Assembly: GCA_038534155.1 (NCBI GenBank)
Contig: JBCAXH010000006.1
Coordinates: 50,829-114,828 of the forward strand
Origin: Pseudomonadota bacterium
GTDB taxonomy: Bacteria > Pseudomonadota > Alphaproteobacteria > Rhodobacterales > Rhodobacteraceae
DNA length: 64,000 nt
Direction: 5' to 3'
The translations under genes were made by a program, and so were the position numbers. This document shows, piece by piece, positions 39,446 through 49,639 of this stretch. Under the pieces are notes generated by a model, which made no database searches, was not told the DNA's origin, and saw only the letters and a list, made by a program, of their open reading frames with translations. Within the stretch, counting starts at the first letter, position 1, and every line of letters begins with the position of its first letter.

Positions 39446-40435
39446 ATGACCGAAGAGACGCAAACGGCGCCGACCGGCGACGACAGCATTCTGCCTTTCC
39501 AGCTCGACCGCGCGGGGATGCGCGGGCGCGTGGCGCGGCTGGATAAGACGCTCGACAAGATCCTCGGCCAGCACGATTACCCGCCCGTGGTGGAGCAGCT
39601 GGTGTCGGAGGCGATCCTGCTGACGGCGCTGATCGGGCAGGCGGTGAAGCTGCGCTGGCGGTTCTCCATCCAGGTGCGGGGCGACGGGCCGATCCGGCTG
39701 ATCGCCACCGACTACTTCGGACCGACGGAGGAGGGCGCGCCGGCGAAGGTCCGCGCCTACGCCGGGTTCGATGCGGAAAAGCTGACCGGGGCGCCGGGGT
39801 TCGACCAGCTCGGGCGCGGGGTCTTCGGCGTGACCATCGATCAGGGGCGGGACATGACGCCGTATCAGGGCATGACGCCGCTCGCCGGCGGCTCGCTTTC
39901 GGCCTGCGCCGAGACGTATTTCGCCCAGTCCGAACAGCTCGCCACCCGGTTCGCGGTGGAGGCGGCGCTGGCCGAGGTTCCGGGCGAGGCCGCGTCCTGG
40001 CGCGGCGGGGGGATGATGATCCAGCAATTGCCGACCGAGGGCGGGGTCGCGCCCGATGCGCCCTCCGGCGAAGACGGGTTGATGAGCGCGGACGACGTCG
40101 CGCTGATGGGCGACCGGGAGGATGACTGGAACCGGGTCGCCATGCTGCTCGCCACTGTGGAGACGCATGAGCTGGTCGGGCCGCATGTCTCCCCCGACCG
40201 GCTGCTCTTGCGGCTGTTTCATGAAGAGATGCCGCGGGTTTACGCGCCGCAGGCGGCGGAGTTCGGCTGCACCTGTTCGCGGGAACGCGTTGAGGCGGCG
40301 CTGGCGCAGTATTCGACCAAGGATATCGGTCATATGACGACGGAGGACGGCCGGGTCACGGCGGACTGCCAGTTCTGCGGCGCGTTCTACGAATTCGATC
40401 CGGCGGCGCTGGGTCAGGACGCGGTGAAGGACTGA
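39446..40435 (+). CDS. hslO: Hsp33 redox-regulated chaperone
   Basis: ILPFQLD, RGRVARL, YQGMTPL, QSEQL, C-terminal CTC...CQFC zinc centre. Confidence 0.93.
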   Translation: MTEETQTAPTGDDSILPFQLDRAGMRGRVARLDKTLDKILGQHDYPPVVEQLVSEAILLTALIGQAVKLRWRFSIQVRGDGPIRLIATDYFGPTEEGAPAKVRAYAGFDAEKLTGAPGFDQLGRGVFGVTIDQGRDMTPYQGMTPLAGGSLSACAETYFAQSEQLATRFAVEAALAEVPGEAASWRGGGMMIQQLPTEGGVAPDAPSGEDGLMSADDVALMGDREDDWNRVAMLLATVETHELVGPHVSPDRLLLRLFHEEMPRVYAPQAAEFGCTCSRERVEAALAQYSTKDIGHMTTEDGRVTADCQFCGAFYEFDPAALGQDAVKD

Positions 40436-40511
40436 ACGCGCTTTCGCCCGTGCGGCGGCGCGGGCGGTAGGCTAGGGTCCGCGCGTGAGCGTTGTTAAGC
40501 GGAGTGGCGGC

Positions 40512-41252
40512 ATGCATGTGATTTTGGCGACGCCGACGGCGGGCGGCACGATGATGGCGGCCTACGCGCAGACGCTGATCAGCGCGACCCATGCGATTAC
40601 GGAGGCGGGCGGAACTTACCGCCTGCTGACCGTGGACGGGGCCGATGTGGTCATCTCCCGCAACCTGCTGGCGCATTCCTTCCTCGCGGATGAGAGCGCG
40701 ACGCATATCCTGTTCCTCGATAACGACATGGCGGTGGACGCCGCCGTCTTCCGCCACTTCATCGCGCAGGATCCGCCGATCGTCGGCGCCGCCTATACGG
40801 AGCGCCGGATGAACCTCGCCGATTTTCACGCCGCGATGAAGGAAGAGGAGAACCTGCCGCGCGCCCGCGCGCTCGCCTCCAACTACACGGTGCGGCTGAC
40901 GCCGGGGGAGAAGAAGATCCGGAGCGGGATGGTGGAGGCGACCGCCTTCGGCTTCGGTTGCGTGCTGATCAAGCGCGAGGTCTTCGCCGCGCTGATCGAG
41001 CGGAAGATCGTGGCGCCCTTCGTCTCCTCCAAACTGCGCGAGAGCGGGGTGGAGGGTGAGATCTGGGATTTCTTCGACGAGATCCGGTTGGAGAACGGCG
41101 ACTGGCTCTCCGAGGACTACGCCTTTTGCAAACGTGTGAGGGCGCTCGGCGACGTTCCCCTGATGGCCTATGTGGGGCCGGGCGTCGGGCATGTCGGGCA
41201 TTTCACATATGGCGGGCCCTATGTGGAGCGCTTGAAGAGCGGGAAACTCTGA
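40512..41252 (+). CDS. GT-A fold glycosyltransferase-like protein
   Basis: ATPTAGG, ISRNLL...FL...THILFLDND (DxD), GFGCVLIKREVF, WLSEDYAFCKR. Confidence 0.6.
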   Translation: MHVILATPTAGGTMMAAYAQTLISATHAITEAGGTYRLLTVDGADVVISRNLLAHSFLADESATHILFLDNDMAVDAAVFRHFIAQDPPIVGAAYTERRMNLADFHAAMKEEENLPRARALASNYTVRLTPGEKKIRSGMVEATAFGFGCVLIKREVFAALIERKIVAPFVSSKLRESGVEGEIWDFFDEIRLENGDWLSEDYAFCKRVRALGDVPLMAYVGPGVGHVGHFTYGGPYVERLKSGKL

Positions 41253-41343
41253 ACCTTACGGACGCGCTGCGCGCGGCTGCTTCATCTCGTCGTTGGGCTT
41301 CGCCCGCCTCCTCGGGTTGGGACGTCTCGGGGAGACGGTCTTC

Positions 41344-41377
41344 GCCTCCGGCGGGAGTATTTTTGGAAGAATGAAGG
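41344..41377 (-). repeat. Dispersed intergenic repeat, copy 3
   Basis: Minus strand CCTTCATTCTTCCAAAAATACTCCCGCCGGAGGC, beginning 2 nt after the ltaE stop codon. Confidence 0.65.
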
Positions 41378-41379
41378 GG

Positions 41380-42426
41380 TCAGGGCGCGAAGGCGGCCAG
41401 CAGTCCGTCGACGTCATTCACTTGCGTCTGGAAGGAGCACACGAGGCGGATCATGGTCTTGCCGTAGGGAGCGGCGCCGGGGGCGTCAGGCATGTCGTAG
41501 AACATCGCTCCTTTGGCGCGGGCGGCTTCGATCTTCTCGTTGGGGACGCGGGCGAACATCAGGTTGGCGTCGACGGGGTGAACGAGGTCGATGCCCTCGA
41601 TATCTCGCAGACCATTCGCCAGACGCGCCGCCATGTCGTTGGCGTGGGCGGCGAGGCGGAGCCAGAGGTCGCCCTCCATCATCGCGTCCACCTGCGCGGT
41701 GACGAAGCGCATCTTTGAGAAGAGGTGGCCGCCGCGTTTGCGGCGGAGCTGCAATTCCCAGTCCTTGGCGGGGTCGAAGACGATGATCGCTTCGGCCGCC
41801 AGCGCGCCGTTCTTGGTGAAGCCAAGGCAGAGGACGTCGACGCCCGCCTTCCACGACATCTCAGCCGGGGTCGCGCTGGTCGTCGCCAGCGCGTTGGCGA
41901 AGCGGGTGCCGTCCATGTGGACGGGGAGGTTCGCCGCTTTCGCAATGGCGGCGAGGGCGCGGACCTCATCGACTGTGTAGAGCGTTCCCGCCTCCGTCGC
42001 CTGGGTGATGGAGACTGCGGCTGGCTGGATCGAGTGGACGTCGCCCGTGGGCGCGCCTTCGATGGCGTGGGAGAGCGCCTCCGGCGACATTTTGCCGTGG
42101 TCGCCTTCGATCAGCGCGAGCTTGCCGCCGCCTATGAAGAACTCCGGTCCGCCGCATTCGTCGACCTCGACATGCGCCGCCCGCTCGCAATAGACCGCGC
42201 CCCAGGGCGGGCAGAGGCAGCCGAGGGCGAGGGAGTTGGCGCCGGTGCCCGTGGCGACGAAATGCACCGACGCCTCGGGCGCCTCGAATGCGTCGCGGAT
42301 GGCGGCGCGGGCGCGCTCCGTCCACGGATCGTTTCCGTAGGCCATGCCGTAGCCTTCCGCCGCCTTCGCCACTGCGGCCAGGACTTCAGGCGGCGCGCCG
42401 GCCGCGTTGTCGGACGTGAACCACAT
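41380..42426 (-). CDS. ltaE: Low-specificity L-threonine aldolase
   Basis: Start moved to ATG 42426: MWFTSDN, YGNDPWT, TGTGAN, AHVEVDECG, HMDGTRFANA, GFTKNG (PLP Lys). Confidence 0.9.
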   Translation of the reverse strand: MWFTSDNAAGAPPEVLAAVAKAAEGYGMAYGNDPWTERARAAIRDAFEAPEASVHFVATGTGANSLALGCLCPPWGAVYCERAAHVEVDECGGPEFFIGGGKLALIEGDHGKMSPEALSHAIEGAPTGDVHSIQPAAVSITQATEAGTLYTVDEVRALAAIAKAANLPVHMDGTRFANALATTSATPAEMSWKAGVDVLCLGFTKNGALAAEAIIVFDPAKDWELQLRRKRGGHLFSKMRFVTAQVDAMMEGDLWLRLAAHANDMAARLANGLRDIEGIDLVHPVDANLMFARVPNEKIEAARAKGAMFYDMPDAPGAAPYGKTMIRLVCSFQTQVNDVDGLLAAFAP

Positions 42427-42878
42427 CAGACGATCCCCTCGATTATGCGATCTTCCCATTCGTCTTCCGGAACATCGTATTCCGGAACCGTCGCCCCGCG
42501 CATGGATATCCCCGCCTTGTGCACGGCATCCCTGTCGCCGGAGACGAGGTAGTGCCAGTCGTAAAGCTCCTTCCCTTCCGCCAGCAGGCGATAGGCGCAG
42601 GTGGCGGGCATCCATTCCTTGTCTTCGTCGATCGTCTCCGGCGTCAGGCGCACGCAGCCCTTCACCAACTGATGGCGTAGGGCGTAGTTCCCGCACTGGC
42701 AGGTCTTGTCATCGAAGAGGCGGCAGGCGACGTCGGTATAGGCGATCTCCCCGGTGTCCTCGTCTTCGAGCTTGATGAGGCAGCACCGCCCGCAGCCGTC
42801 GCAAAGCGCCTCCCATTCCGCGCGGGTCAGGTCGGAGAGGTCGCGTCCGCGCCAGAAGCCGGGGGTGAGATCGCTCAT
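42426..42878 (-). CDS. YcgN family cysteine-cluster protein
   Basis: EWEALCDGCGRCCLIKLEDEDTG, CRLFD..TC.C.NY, WMPATCAYR. Confidence 0.92.
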   Translation of the reverse strand: MSDLTPGFWRGRDLSDLTRAEWEALCDGCGRCCLIKLEDEDTGEIAYTDVACRLFDDKTCQCGNYALRHQLVKGCVRLTPETIDEDKEWMPATCAYRLLAEGKELYDWHYLVSGDRDAVHKAGISMRGATVPEYDVPEDEWEDRIIEGIV

Positions 42879-42973
42879 CAGAACTCCGTGAGATCGGGGC
42901 GGCGGCGCCTCGTCTTTCGCGGCGAGAGGGACATAGTTCACGGAGTGAGACAAGACCGTCCGGGGGAGACGCC

Positions 42974-43549
42974 ATGCGCCTGATCGTCCTTTTCGCCGCG
43001 CTGATGATGAGCGCGGCCGCCGCTTACGCCTATGAGGTGGACAAGAACGGAACTTTCGCGACCCGGGTCGTGACGGTAGAGGGCGTCGTGCCCGCGCCGG
43101 AGACGGTGATCGACATGGCTGGGGGCGAGCGGACCTCCATCGAAGCGCATCCGGGCAAGGTGCGGCTGGTGACGATGTGGGCGACCTGGTGCCATGTCTG
43201 CGAATACGAGATGCCGGAGCTGGCGAAGCTCGCCGCCGCCTATGAGGGGACGGACCTCATGGTCATGCCGGTGAGCGTGGATCAGGCGCCTGCGATCGAC
43301 AAGGTCGAGAAACACCTGAAGAGCCATGACCTGACGATCTTCCCTGTAATGCACGACCGGAACTTCGCGCTGGCCGGGCGGGTCGGGCTGGTCGGCACGC
43401 CGACGACGATCATCGTCGACAAATTCGATCAGGTCGTCGCCGCGTTTCAGGGACAGGCCCCCTGGAGCGATCCGGATACGCGAGCCTACCTCGATGCGCT
43501 TTTGGCGGCGGGAGATGCGGAAAGCTCCCGGATGCTGCTGTCGCGGTAG
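42974..43549 (+). CDS. TlpA/ResA family thiol-disulfide oxidoreductase
   Basis: Signal peptide, WATWCHVC..EMP, GTPTT. Confidence 0.9.
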   Translation: MRLIVLFAALMMSAAAAYAYEVDKNGTFATRVVTVEGVVPAPETVIDMAGGERTSIEAHPGKVRLVTMWATWCHVCEYEMPELAKLAAAYEGTDLMVMPVSVDQAPAIDKVEKHLKSHDLTIFPVMHDRNFALAGRVGLVGTPTTIIVDKFDQVVAAFQGQAPWSDPDTRAYLDALLAAGDAESSRMLLSR

Positions 43550-43561
43550 TTCGGGCGGCGT

Positions 43562-44908
43562 TCAGCCCTCGATGCGCTTCGCGTAGCGGTAGATCACGAC
43601 CGCCGCGACGAAGCCGGTGACGCCCACGAGGGCGAACATCAGCTCGCGCGGGATGCCGATCACGCCGATCATGATCGCGGCGAGGATCGCCGAGAACACC
43701 ATGCAGAGCGCGTCGATGACGTTGGAGCAGGCGACGTACTGGCCCTTCTCCCCCTCCGGCGCCTTCACCTGATACTCGACGTTGAACGGGGTCACGTAGA
43801 GGCCCGCGCACATCGCCATCATCACGAGGGCGGCGATGACGAGCCAGCTTTCGAACCGCCCGAGAAACTCGCCGATGGTGAGAAGCTGCTCAGAGGGCTC
43901 ATAGGCCGCGCCGTAGTTGAGTACGGCCAGCCAGAAAAAGATCGCGCCGAGGCCGATCCCGGCGGCGCCCCATGGCGCGGTCATCAGCGTGACCTTACCC
44001 TTCACGATCACCGAGTAGAGCACCGCGCCGATGGCGACGCCGACGGAGAAGGAGGTGAGCAGGACGAGCGCCGCGTCTTCGGAAGCGTAGAGCGAGAATT
44101 TCGCGACCTGGAAGATCAGCGAGAGGAACGTCGCGCCCGCGAACCAGAACCATCCGAGGCCGAGCATGGCGGCGAAGGCCTGCGGCGCGGCGCGGCAGTC
44201 CGCGATGATCTTGAACATCGCACGCGGCATGACCCAGTCGACCTTGGGTTTCGGGCCGAGGGGAGGGGCAGGGGGCGCGGCGAAGCTCGCCGCCCAGCCG
44301 ATCAGCGCGATCACCACGACGGCGACGGAGACGAGAAGGACGCCGCTGTCGGTCAGCACCAGTTTGGCGCCGAAGATCTGGCCGAGCAGGATCGCGAGGA
44401 AAGTCGCGCCCTGAATGAGGCCGTTGGCGGAGGGCATCTCGTCTTCGCGCATGTATTGCGGGAGGACGCCGTATTTGATCGGCGCGAAGAAGGCCGATTG
44501 GGCGCCCATCAGGAACATCAGCGCGAAGAGGATATAGAGGTTCTGGGTGAGATACGCCGTCGCCGCGATACCCATCAGGATAATTTCAACGAATTTCACC
44601 CAGCGCATCATCTTCGCCTTGTCCATGCCGTCGGCGATCTGGCCAGCGGTGGGGGCGCAGAGCGCGAAGGGCAGGATGTAGAGCGCGGCGGAGATCTGGA
44701 CGTAGAGATCGACCTGTCCCGCCGTCAGCGCCAGCTCGTCCGCCAGCCGGTATGTCAGGAGCGCGACGAAGGCGTTCTTGAAGGTCTGGTCGTTGAAGGC
44801 GCCGAGGAACTGCACCGAAAAGAGCGGGGTAAAGCGGCGCGACTTGAAGAGCGCGAACTGGTTGGAGGCGGCCTCTGACGGCGCGCCGGCGGCGGTCTGA
44901 TCGGTCAT
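43562..44908 (-). CDS. MFS transporter (LplT/Aas-associated lysophospholipid-transporter-like)
   Basis: RRF.PLF.VQFLGAFND..FKNA, QSAFFAPIKYG.LP, ANGLI, ~12 TM helices. Confidence 0.85.
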   Translation of the reverse strand: MTDQTAAGAPSEAASNQFALFKSRRFTPLFSVQFLGAFNDQTFKNAFVALLTYRLADELALTAGQVDLYVQISAALYILPFALCAPTAGQIADGMDKAKMMRWVKFVEIILMGIAATAYLTQNLYILFALMFLMGAQSAFFAPIKYGVLPQYMREDEMPSANGLIQGATFLAILLGQIFGAKLVLTDSGVLLVSVAVVVIALIGWAASFAAPPAPPLGPKPKVDWVMPRAMFKIIADCRAAPQAFAAMLGLGWFWFAGATFLSLIFQVAKFSLYASEDAALVLLTSFSVGVAIGAVLYSVIVKGKVTLMTAPWGAAGIGLGAIFFWLAVLNYGAAYEPSEQLLTIGEFLGRFESWLVIAALVMMAMCAGLYVTPFNVEYQVKAPEGEKGQYVACSNVIDALCMVFSAILAAIMIGVIGIPRELMFALVGVTGFVAAVVIYRYAKRIEG

Positions 44909-45025
44909 CGCGCTTCCCCGGATACTGCGGGGCTCACGTTGGAGCGGATGCGTCGGGGGATCAAGCCTGCGTGGCTGGAGCGACGCGGGGGCCCGTTTCG
45001 CGATGTGACGGAACGAACAGCTGGA

Positions 45026-45997
45026 TCAGACGTTCAGGCACCAGCGCAGAATGGCTTTCTGAACGTGCAGCCGGTTCTCCGCCTCGTCGAAGATCACCGA
45101 TTGCGGGCCGTCCATCACCTCCGCCGTCGCCTCCTCGCCGCGGTGGGCGGGAAGGCAGTGCATGAAGACGGCGCCGTCGGCGGCCTCCGCCATCAGCGAT
45201 CCCGTCACCTGATAGGGCGCGAGCTGGTTGTGGCGGCTTTCGCGGGCTGAGGCCTCGTCGCCCATGGAGAACCAGGTGTCCGCGATCACCGCGTCGGCGC
45301 CGCGGGCGGCGTCTTCGGCGCTGCGGGTGTGGATGACGTTGCCGCCCGAGGCCCAGGCCCAGTCGAGATAGCGCTGGTCTGGGTCCAGCGTCTCCGGGCA
45401 GGCGAGGCGGAGCTCGAACCCGAAACGCGTCGCCGCCTCGATGAAGGAGTGAGAGACATTGTTGCCGTCCCCCGTCCAGCATAGCGCGCGTCCGGCGATG
45501 GGGCCGACATGCTCCTCGAAAGTCATGACGTCGGCCATGATCTGGCAAGGATGGCTGTCGTCCGTCAGGGCGTTGATGACGGGAACGGTGGCGTGCTCCG
45601 CCATCTCCAAGAGGTTCGCGTGATCGTCGGTGCGGATCATGATCGCGTCGACATAGCGGGAGAGGACCTTGGCGGTGTCCGCAACGCTCTCGCCTCGGCC
45701 GAGCTGCATCTCCGCGCCGGAAAGCACGATGGTCTCACCGCCGAGCTGACGCATGCCGACGTCAAAGCTGACGCGGGTGCGGGTCGACGGCTTTTCGAAG
45801 ATCATCGCGAGGATACGGCCCTGTAGCGTCGCATCCGGATCGGGCGCGCCGTGCGGCAGGCCCGCCCGCGCCGCCTTCAGGGCGCGGGCGTCGTCAATGA
45901 TCTTGCGGAGCTCTCCGGCTTCGACGGCCCGGATATCCAGAAAATGCCGCGCGCCGGAGGCGAGCGGGGGCGTGATCGCCCCGAATTCGGCGGTCAT
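45026..45997 (-). CDS. argF: Ornithine carbamoyltransferase
   Basis: Start moved to ATG 45997; [45 protein letters not shown]. Confidence 0.96.
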   Translation of the reverse strand: MTAEFGAITPPLASGARHFLDIRAVEAGELRKIIDDARALKAARAGLPHGAPDPDATLQGRILAMIFEKPSTRTRVSFDVGMRQLGGETIVLSGAEMQLGRGESVADTAKVLSRYVDAIMIRTDDHANLLEMAEHATVPVINALTDDSHPCQIMADVMTFEEHVGPIAGRALCWTGDGNNVSHSFIEAATRFGFELRLACPETLDPDQRYLDWAWASGGNVIHTRSAEDAARGADAVIADTWFSMGDEASARESRHNQLAPYQVTGSLMAEAADGAVFMHCLPAHRGEEATAEVMDGPQSVIFDEAENRLHVQKAILRWCLNV

Positions 45998-47172
45998 GCC
46001 GCTTTGGCTTCCAGCGACGAGCAGGCGGCGTCGATCATGTCGACTGCCTGGTCGATCTCCTCCGCCGTGACGATCAGCGGGGGGAGGATGCGCACGACGT
46101 TGTCGCCCGCCGGCACGGTCAGAAGGCCCTGATCGTAGCAGGCGTTGAGGACGTCCATGTTCGGCGCTTTGCACTTCAGGCCGATCATCAGGCCTTCGCC
46201 GCGCTCCGCCTCCAGAATATCCGGATGGGCGTCGACGAGGGCGCCGAGCTTCTGCTTGAGACGCCCCGCCATGGCGCTGACATGGTCGAGGAAGCCTTCG
46301 GAGAGGATCTCGTCCACCACAGCGCAGCCGACCGCGGTCGCCAGCGGGTTGCCGCCATAGGTGCTCCCGTGCGTGCCAGCGACCATGCCGGAAGCGGCGC
46401 GTTCGGTGGCGAGGCAGGCGCCGAGGGGGAAGCCCCCGCCGATGCCCTTGGCGATCGCCATGATGTCCGGCTCGACCCCCGACCATTCATAGGCGAAGAA
46501 CTTGCCCGTCCGGCCCGCGCCCGATTGCACCTCGTCGCAGATCAGGAGCGCGCCCGTCTCGTCGCAGATCGCGCGGAGCTCCTTCATGAAGGCGGCCTCG
46601 ACCGGAATGATCCCGCCCTCGCCCTGCACGGGTTCGATGGAGATCGCGGCGGTCATCTCATTCACCGCCGCGCGCACCGCGTCGATGTCGAGCGGGACCT
46701 GGATGAAGCCGTCGACCAGCGGGCCGAAGCCCTTCACCAGCTTCTCCGACTTCGCCGAAGAGATCGTGGCGATGGTCCGGCCGTGGAAACAGCCCTGGAA
46801 GGTGATGATCTCCGTTCGCTCCGGCGCGCCGTTCTCATAGTGGAACTTCCTCGCCATCTTAAAGGCGCACTCCATCGCCTCCGCGCCCGAATTGGTGAAG
46901 AACATCGTATCGGCGAAAGTGGCGGCGGCCAGCTTCTCCGCCAGCGCCTCCTGATTGACGACGCGGTATAGGTTCGACGTGTGCCAGAGCTGGCCCGCCT
47001 GCTCCGTCAGCGCGGCGACCAGCTTGGGGTGCGCGTGACCGAGGCAGTTCACGGCGATGCCGGCGCCGAAATCGAGATGACGTCGGCCCGCTTCGTCAAT
47101 CAGCCAGCAGCCTTCGCCTTTAACGAACGCATGTTGCGTCCGCGCGTAAGTGGGCATGACGGGGGGTATCAT
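45994..47172 (-). CDS. argD: Acetylornithine aminotransferase
   Basis: [61 protein letters not shown]. Confidence 0.96.
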   Translation of the reverse strand: MIPPVMPTYARTQHAFVKGEGCWLIDEAGRRHLDFGAGIAVNCLGHAHPKLVAALTEQAGQLWHTSNLYRVVNQEALAEKLAAATFADTMFFTNSGAEAMECAFKMARKFHYENGAPERTEIITFQGCFHGRTIATISSAKSEKLVKGFGPLVDGFIQVPLDIDAVRAAVNEMTAAISIEPVQGEGGIIPVEAAFMKELRAICDETGALLICDEVQSGAGRTGKFFAYEWSGVEPDIMAIAKGIGGGFPLGACLATERAASGMVAGTHGSTYGGNPLATAVGCAVVDEILSEGFLDHVSAMAGRLKQKLGALVDAHPDILEAERGEGLMIGLKCKAPNMDVLNACYDQGLLTVPAGDNVVRILPPLIVTAEEIDQAVDMIDAACSSLEAKAA

Positions 47173-47396
47173 CTCTTACCTTTCTTCGCCGGGCGCTCGG
47201 CCCGTTTCGCTTGATGAAAGCGCCGTCTCGGCGCGTTCGCGTTATCGGCGAGGGGTCGGGGGCTGTCAAACCGAGGGAGTTGAAAACCGGAGCATGCGTC
47301 GACTTCTCCGCGTCGTCGTCTTGTTTCAGCCAGTGGGAGGCTTAAAATAGGGACTTCACGACAAGGGCGCGCACGCGCCGCCAAGCGGAGAAATTC

Positions 47397-47972
47397 ATGT
47401 CCTGGACCGACGAGCGCGTTGAAAAGCTGAAAGCGATGTGGGGCGAAGGGCAGAGCGCCAGCCAGATCGCGAAAGAGCTCGGCGGCGTCACCCGCAACGC
47501 GGTGATCGGCAAGGTTCATCGCCTCGGCCTCTCCAACCGCGCGTCCTCCAAACCCGCCGCGCCCGCCGCCGACGCCAAGCCCGCCAAACCGGCGGCGCCC
47601 AAGGCCGAAGCCGCTCCAGCGCCAAAGGCGGAACCGGCGACCCCGCCGAAGCCCGTCATTCAGTCCGCCACCGCCCGACGCGAACCCCCGCCGCCGACGC
47701 CCGCGATGCTGGAGGACCAGCAGCGCACCGCCGAAGCGCTCGCCGCGATCGAGAAAAAGGCGCGGAGGCTGAACCTTCTGGAGCTGACCGAGCGGACCTG
47801 CAAATGGCCCATCGGCGATCCGGCGACGGATGATTTCTACTTCTGCGGCCTGCCCTGCGCCCCCGGCAAACCCTATTGCGAGGCGCATGTGGCGGTCGCG
47901 TTCCAGCCTATGTCATCCCGCCGGGACCGCGACCGGAACCGCAGCCGGGGCATGAGCGGCGGCTTCCGCTGA
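47397..47972 (+). CDS. gcrA: GcrA cell-cycle regulator
   Basis: MSWTDERVEKLK.MW.EG.SASQIA..LGGVTRNAVIGKVHRLGL; C-terminal LTERTCKWPIGDP...DF.FCG...PYCEAH. Confidence 0.96.
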   Translation: MSWTDERVEKLKAMWGEGQSASQIAKELGGVTRNAVIGKVHRLGLSNRASSKPAAPAADAKPAKPAAPKAEAAPAPKAEPATPPKPVIQSATARREPPPPTPAMLEDQQRTAEALAAIEKKARRLNLLELTERTCKWPIGDPATDDFYFCGLPCAPGKPYCEAHVAVAFQPMSSRRDRDRNRSRGMSGGFR

Positions 47973-48041
47973 TCATCGGCCACGGCGCGTCGCGTGCGTA
48001 GATCGATGCGATGCGCTTAGCTTCTATTCGAGAGCCGTTCG

Positions 48042-48371
48042 CTACGACGCCGCCAGCTTCGGTCGCTTCGGCGACCGCGCCGCCTCAATGCCCGATTGCA
48101 GCGATGCGAGGGTCTTCAGCACCGCGCCGCCGTCGATGTAGAGGGCGACGCGGTGGCCCTTGCGTTTCGAAATGACCAGCTTCGCCGCCTTCATGGGGCG
48201 GAGGTGATGGGTGAGCGTCGATATGGTCAGACCGGTTCGCTCCAGTAACTCTTCGAAGCTGAGCCCTTTCGCGTCTCGCTGAAGCGTCTCCAGTATCGCG
48301 ACCCGGCGCGGGTGGGACAGAGCTGTCATCGCAGTCGCGGTCCAGATGCGTTTATCCGCTTCGCCATCCAT
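48042..48371 (-). CDS. ArsR/SmtB family HTH transcriptional regulator
   Basis: ALSHPRRVAILETL, STLTHHLR.M..A.LV...RKG....Y; start at ATG 48371 preferred (48392 possible). Confidence 0.8.
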   Translation of the reverse strand: MDGEADKRIWTATAMTALSHPRRVAILETLQRDAKGLSFEELLERTGLTISTLTHHLRPMKAAKLVISKRKGHRVALYIDGGAVLKTLASLQSGIEAARSPKRPKLAAS

Positions 48372-48436
48372 AACCTTCGTCTCCCGTATCAAATCAGTCG
48401 GGCGTGATTATCCATGCTTGCGGCTAACAAACAGTG

Positions 48437-48496
48437 AAGAAACATCAGGATTCCGGCATGCTAGAATTCTAGCATGCCGGAATCCTGATGTTTCTT
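48437..48496. repeat. Perfect 60-bp palindrome, no spacer
   Basis: AAGAAACATCAGGATTCCGGCATGCTAGAA|TTCTAGCATGCCGGAATCCTGATGTTTCTT; arms checked base by base. Confidence 0.97.
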
Positions 48497-48745
48497 AGGT
48501 AACCGTTAAGGGTTCAGTTCAGGTCCCGTGTGGGATGGAGAAGCGCGGCCCGCGCCTATCTGGCCGCGGTCCCGCCGCCGCTCTCCGATTGCGAGGCGAT
48601 GTCGGCGTTCGTCGAAGATGCGAGACTTGTCAGCGACGTCTTGGGAGACAGCCGGCCTCAGTCCACCGCGCGCGAAGTTGGCTAGCGGCCCTCGCCGCAT
48701 GCCGCGCCGATTTCTTTGTTTCGCGGACCGAGACGATCGCTTTCG

Positions 48746-49531
48746 TCAGGCCGCCTCGCTCACGGCATGGGGTCGGGTGAAGACCATCCGGGTCTCGTCA
48801 GATCCGTCCGCGCGGAACCGGTATCCGTCGATGTCGAACCCGCGCAGGTCGGCGGGGTCCTCGATCCGGTTCTCCACCGCGAAGCGGGCCATCGCGCCGC
48901 GGGCGCGTTTGGCGAAGAAGCTGATAGTCTTCGCTTCGCCGTCTCGTTCTTCGAGAAACACCGGCTCGATCACCGTCAGCTTCAGCGCCTTGCGATCGAC
49001 TGCGCCGAAATATTCCTGGCTCGCGCAGTTCAGAAGCGTCGTGGCCCCGACCGCCTTCGCTTGGCGGTTCAGCGCCTTGGCGATCCTGTCGCCCCACCAG
49101 TCGTAAAGCGACCGACCCCGCTCCGTCGCGAGCCGACTGCCCATCTCCAGCCGATAGGGCTGCATCCTGTCCATCGGGCGGAGGACGCCGTAAAGGCCGG
49201 AGAGGATGCGCAGGTGGTCCTGCGCGAACTCCATCGTCGCCTCGTCGAACTCGCGCGCCTGTAGCCCGGTATAGGTGTCGCCGTCGAAGGCGAGCGCGGC
49301 GGGCTTCACCACGTCATCGTTGGGGCGGGCCATGAAGGCGCGGAACCGCTCGGCGTTCAGCTTGGCGAGCGGCTCGCTGATGCTCATTAGGGAGCGAAGC
49401 TCGGATGCGGAAAGCTCCCGCGCGACCTTGGCGAGCTTGTTCGCTTCGGTCTTCAGCTCAGGCTCCGTCGCGCTGTCGAGCGGGACCGGGGACCAGTCGA
49501 GCTTCTTGGCGGGCGAGATGACCGTGAGCAT
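48746..49531 (-). CDS. yaaA: Peroxide stress protein YaaA
   Basis: MLTVISPAKKLD, LMSISE.LA.LN, F.GDTY, ILSGLYGVLRP.D..QPYRLEMG, LLNCASQEY, FAKRARG.MAR. Confidence 0.95.
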   Translation of the reverse strand: MLTVISPAKKLDWSPVPLDSATEPELKTEANKLAKVARELSASELRSLMSISEPLAKLNAERFRAFMARPNDDVVKPAALAFDGDTYTGLQAREFDEATMEFAQDHLRILSGLYGVLRPMDRMQPYRLEMGSRLATERGRSLYDWWGDRIAKALNRQAKAVGATTLLNCASQEYFGAVDRKALKLTVIEPVFLEERDGEAKTISFFAKRARGAMARFAVENRIEDPADLRGFDIDGYRFRADGSDETRMVFTRPHAVSEAA

Positions 49532-49639
49532 GTGCGAGGCTCCAATTGCAATGACCGTTGTTGGGACTGAAACTAGGGTCGGGCGGGCGCGTTGACCATA
49601 GCCCGCCGCCGCTTTGACCGCCCGGAAAAGGAGACCCCC

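Noticed and set aside
45026-46486. 486-aa ArgF suggesting a fusion or extension
   Set aside because: The extension overlaps argD in another frame. The ATG at 45997 overlaps the argD stop (ATGA), the usual coupling.
48437-48496. parS, dif or CRISPR repeat interpretation of the palindrome
   Set aside because: GAAACA/TGTTTC halves are in the opposite arrangement to parS, there is no XerC/XerD-type 28-bp pattern, and there is a single copy with no spacers or cas genes.
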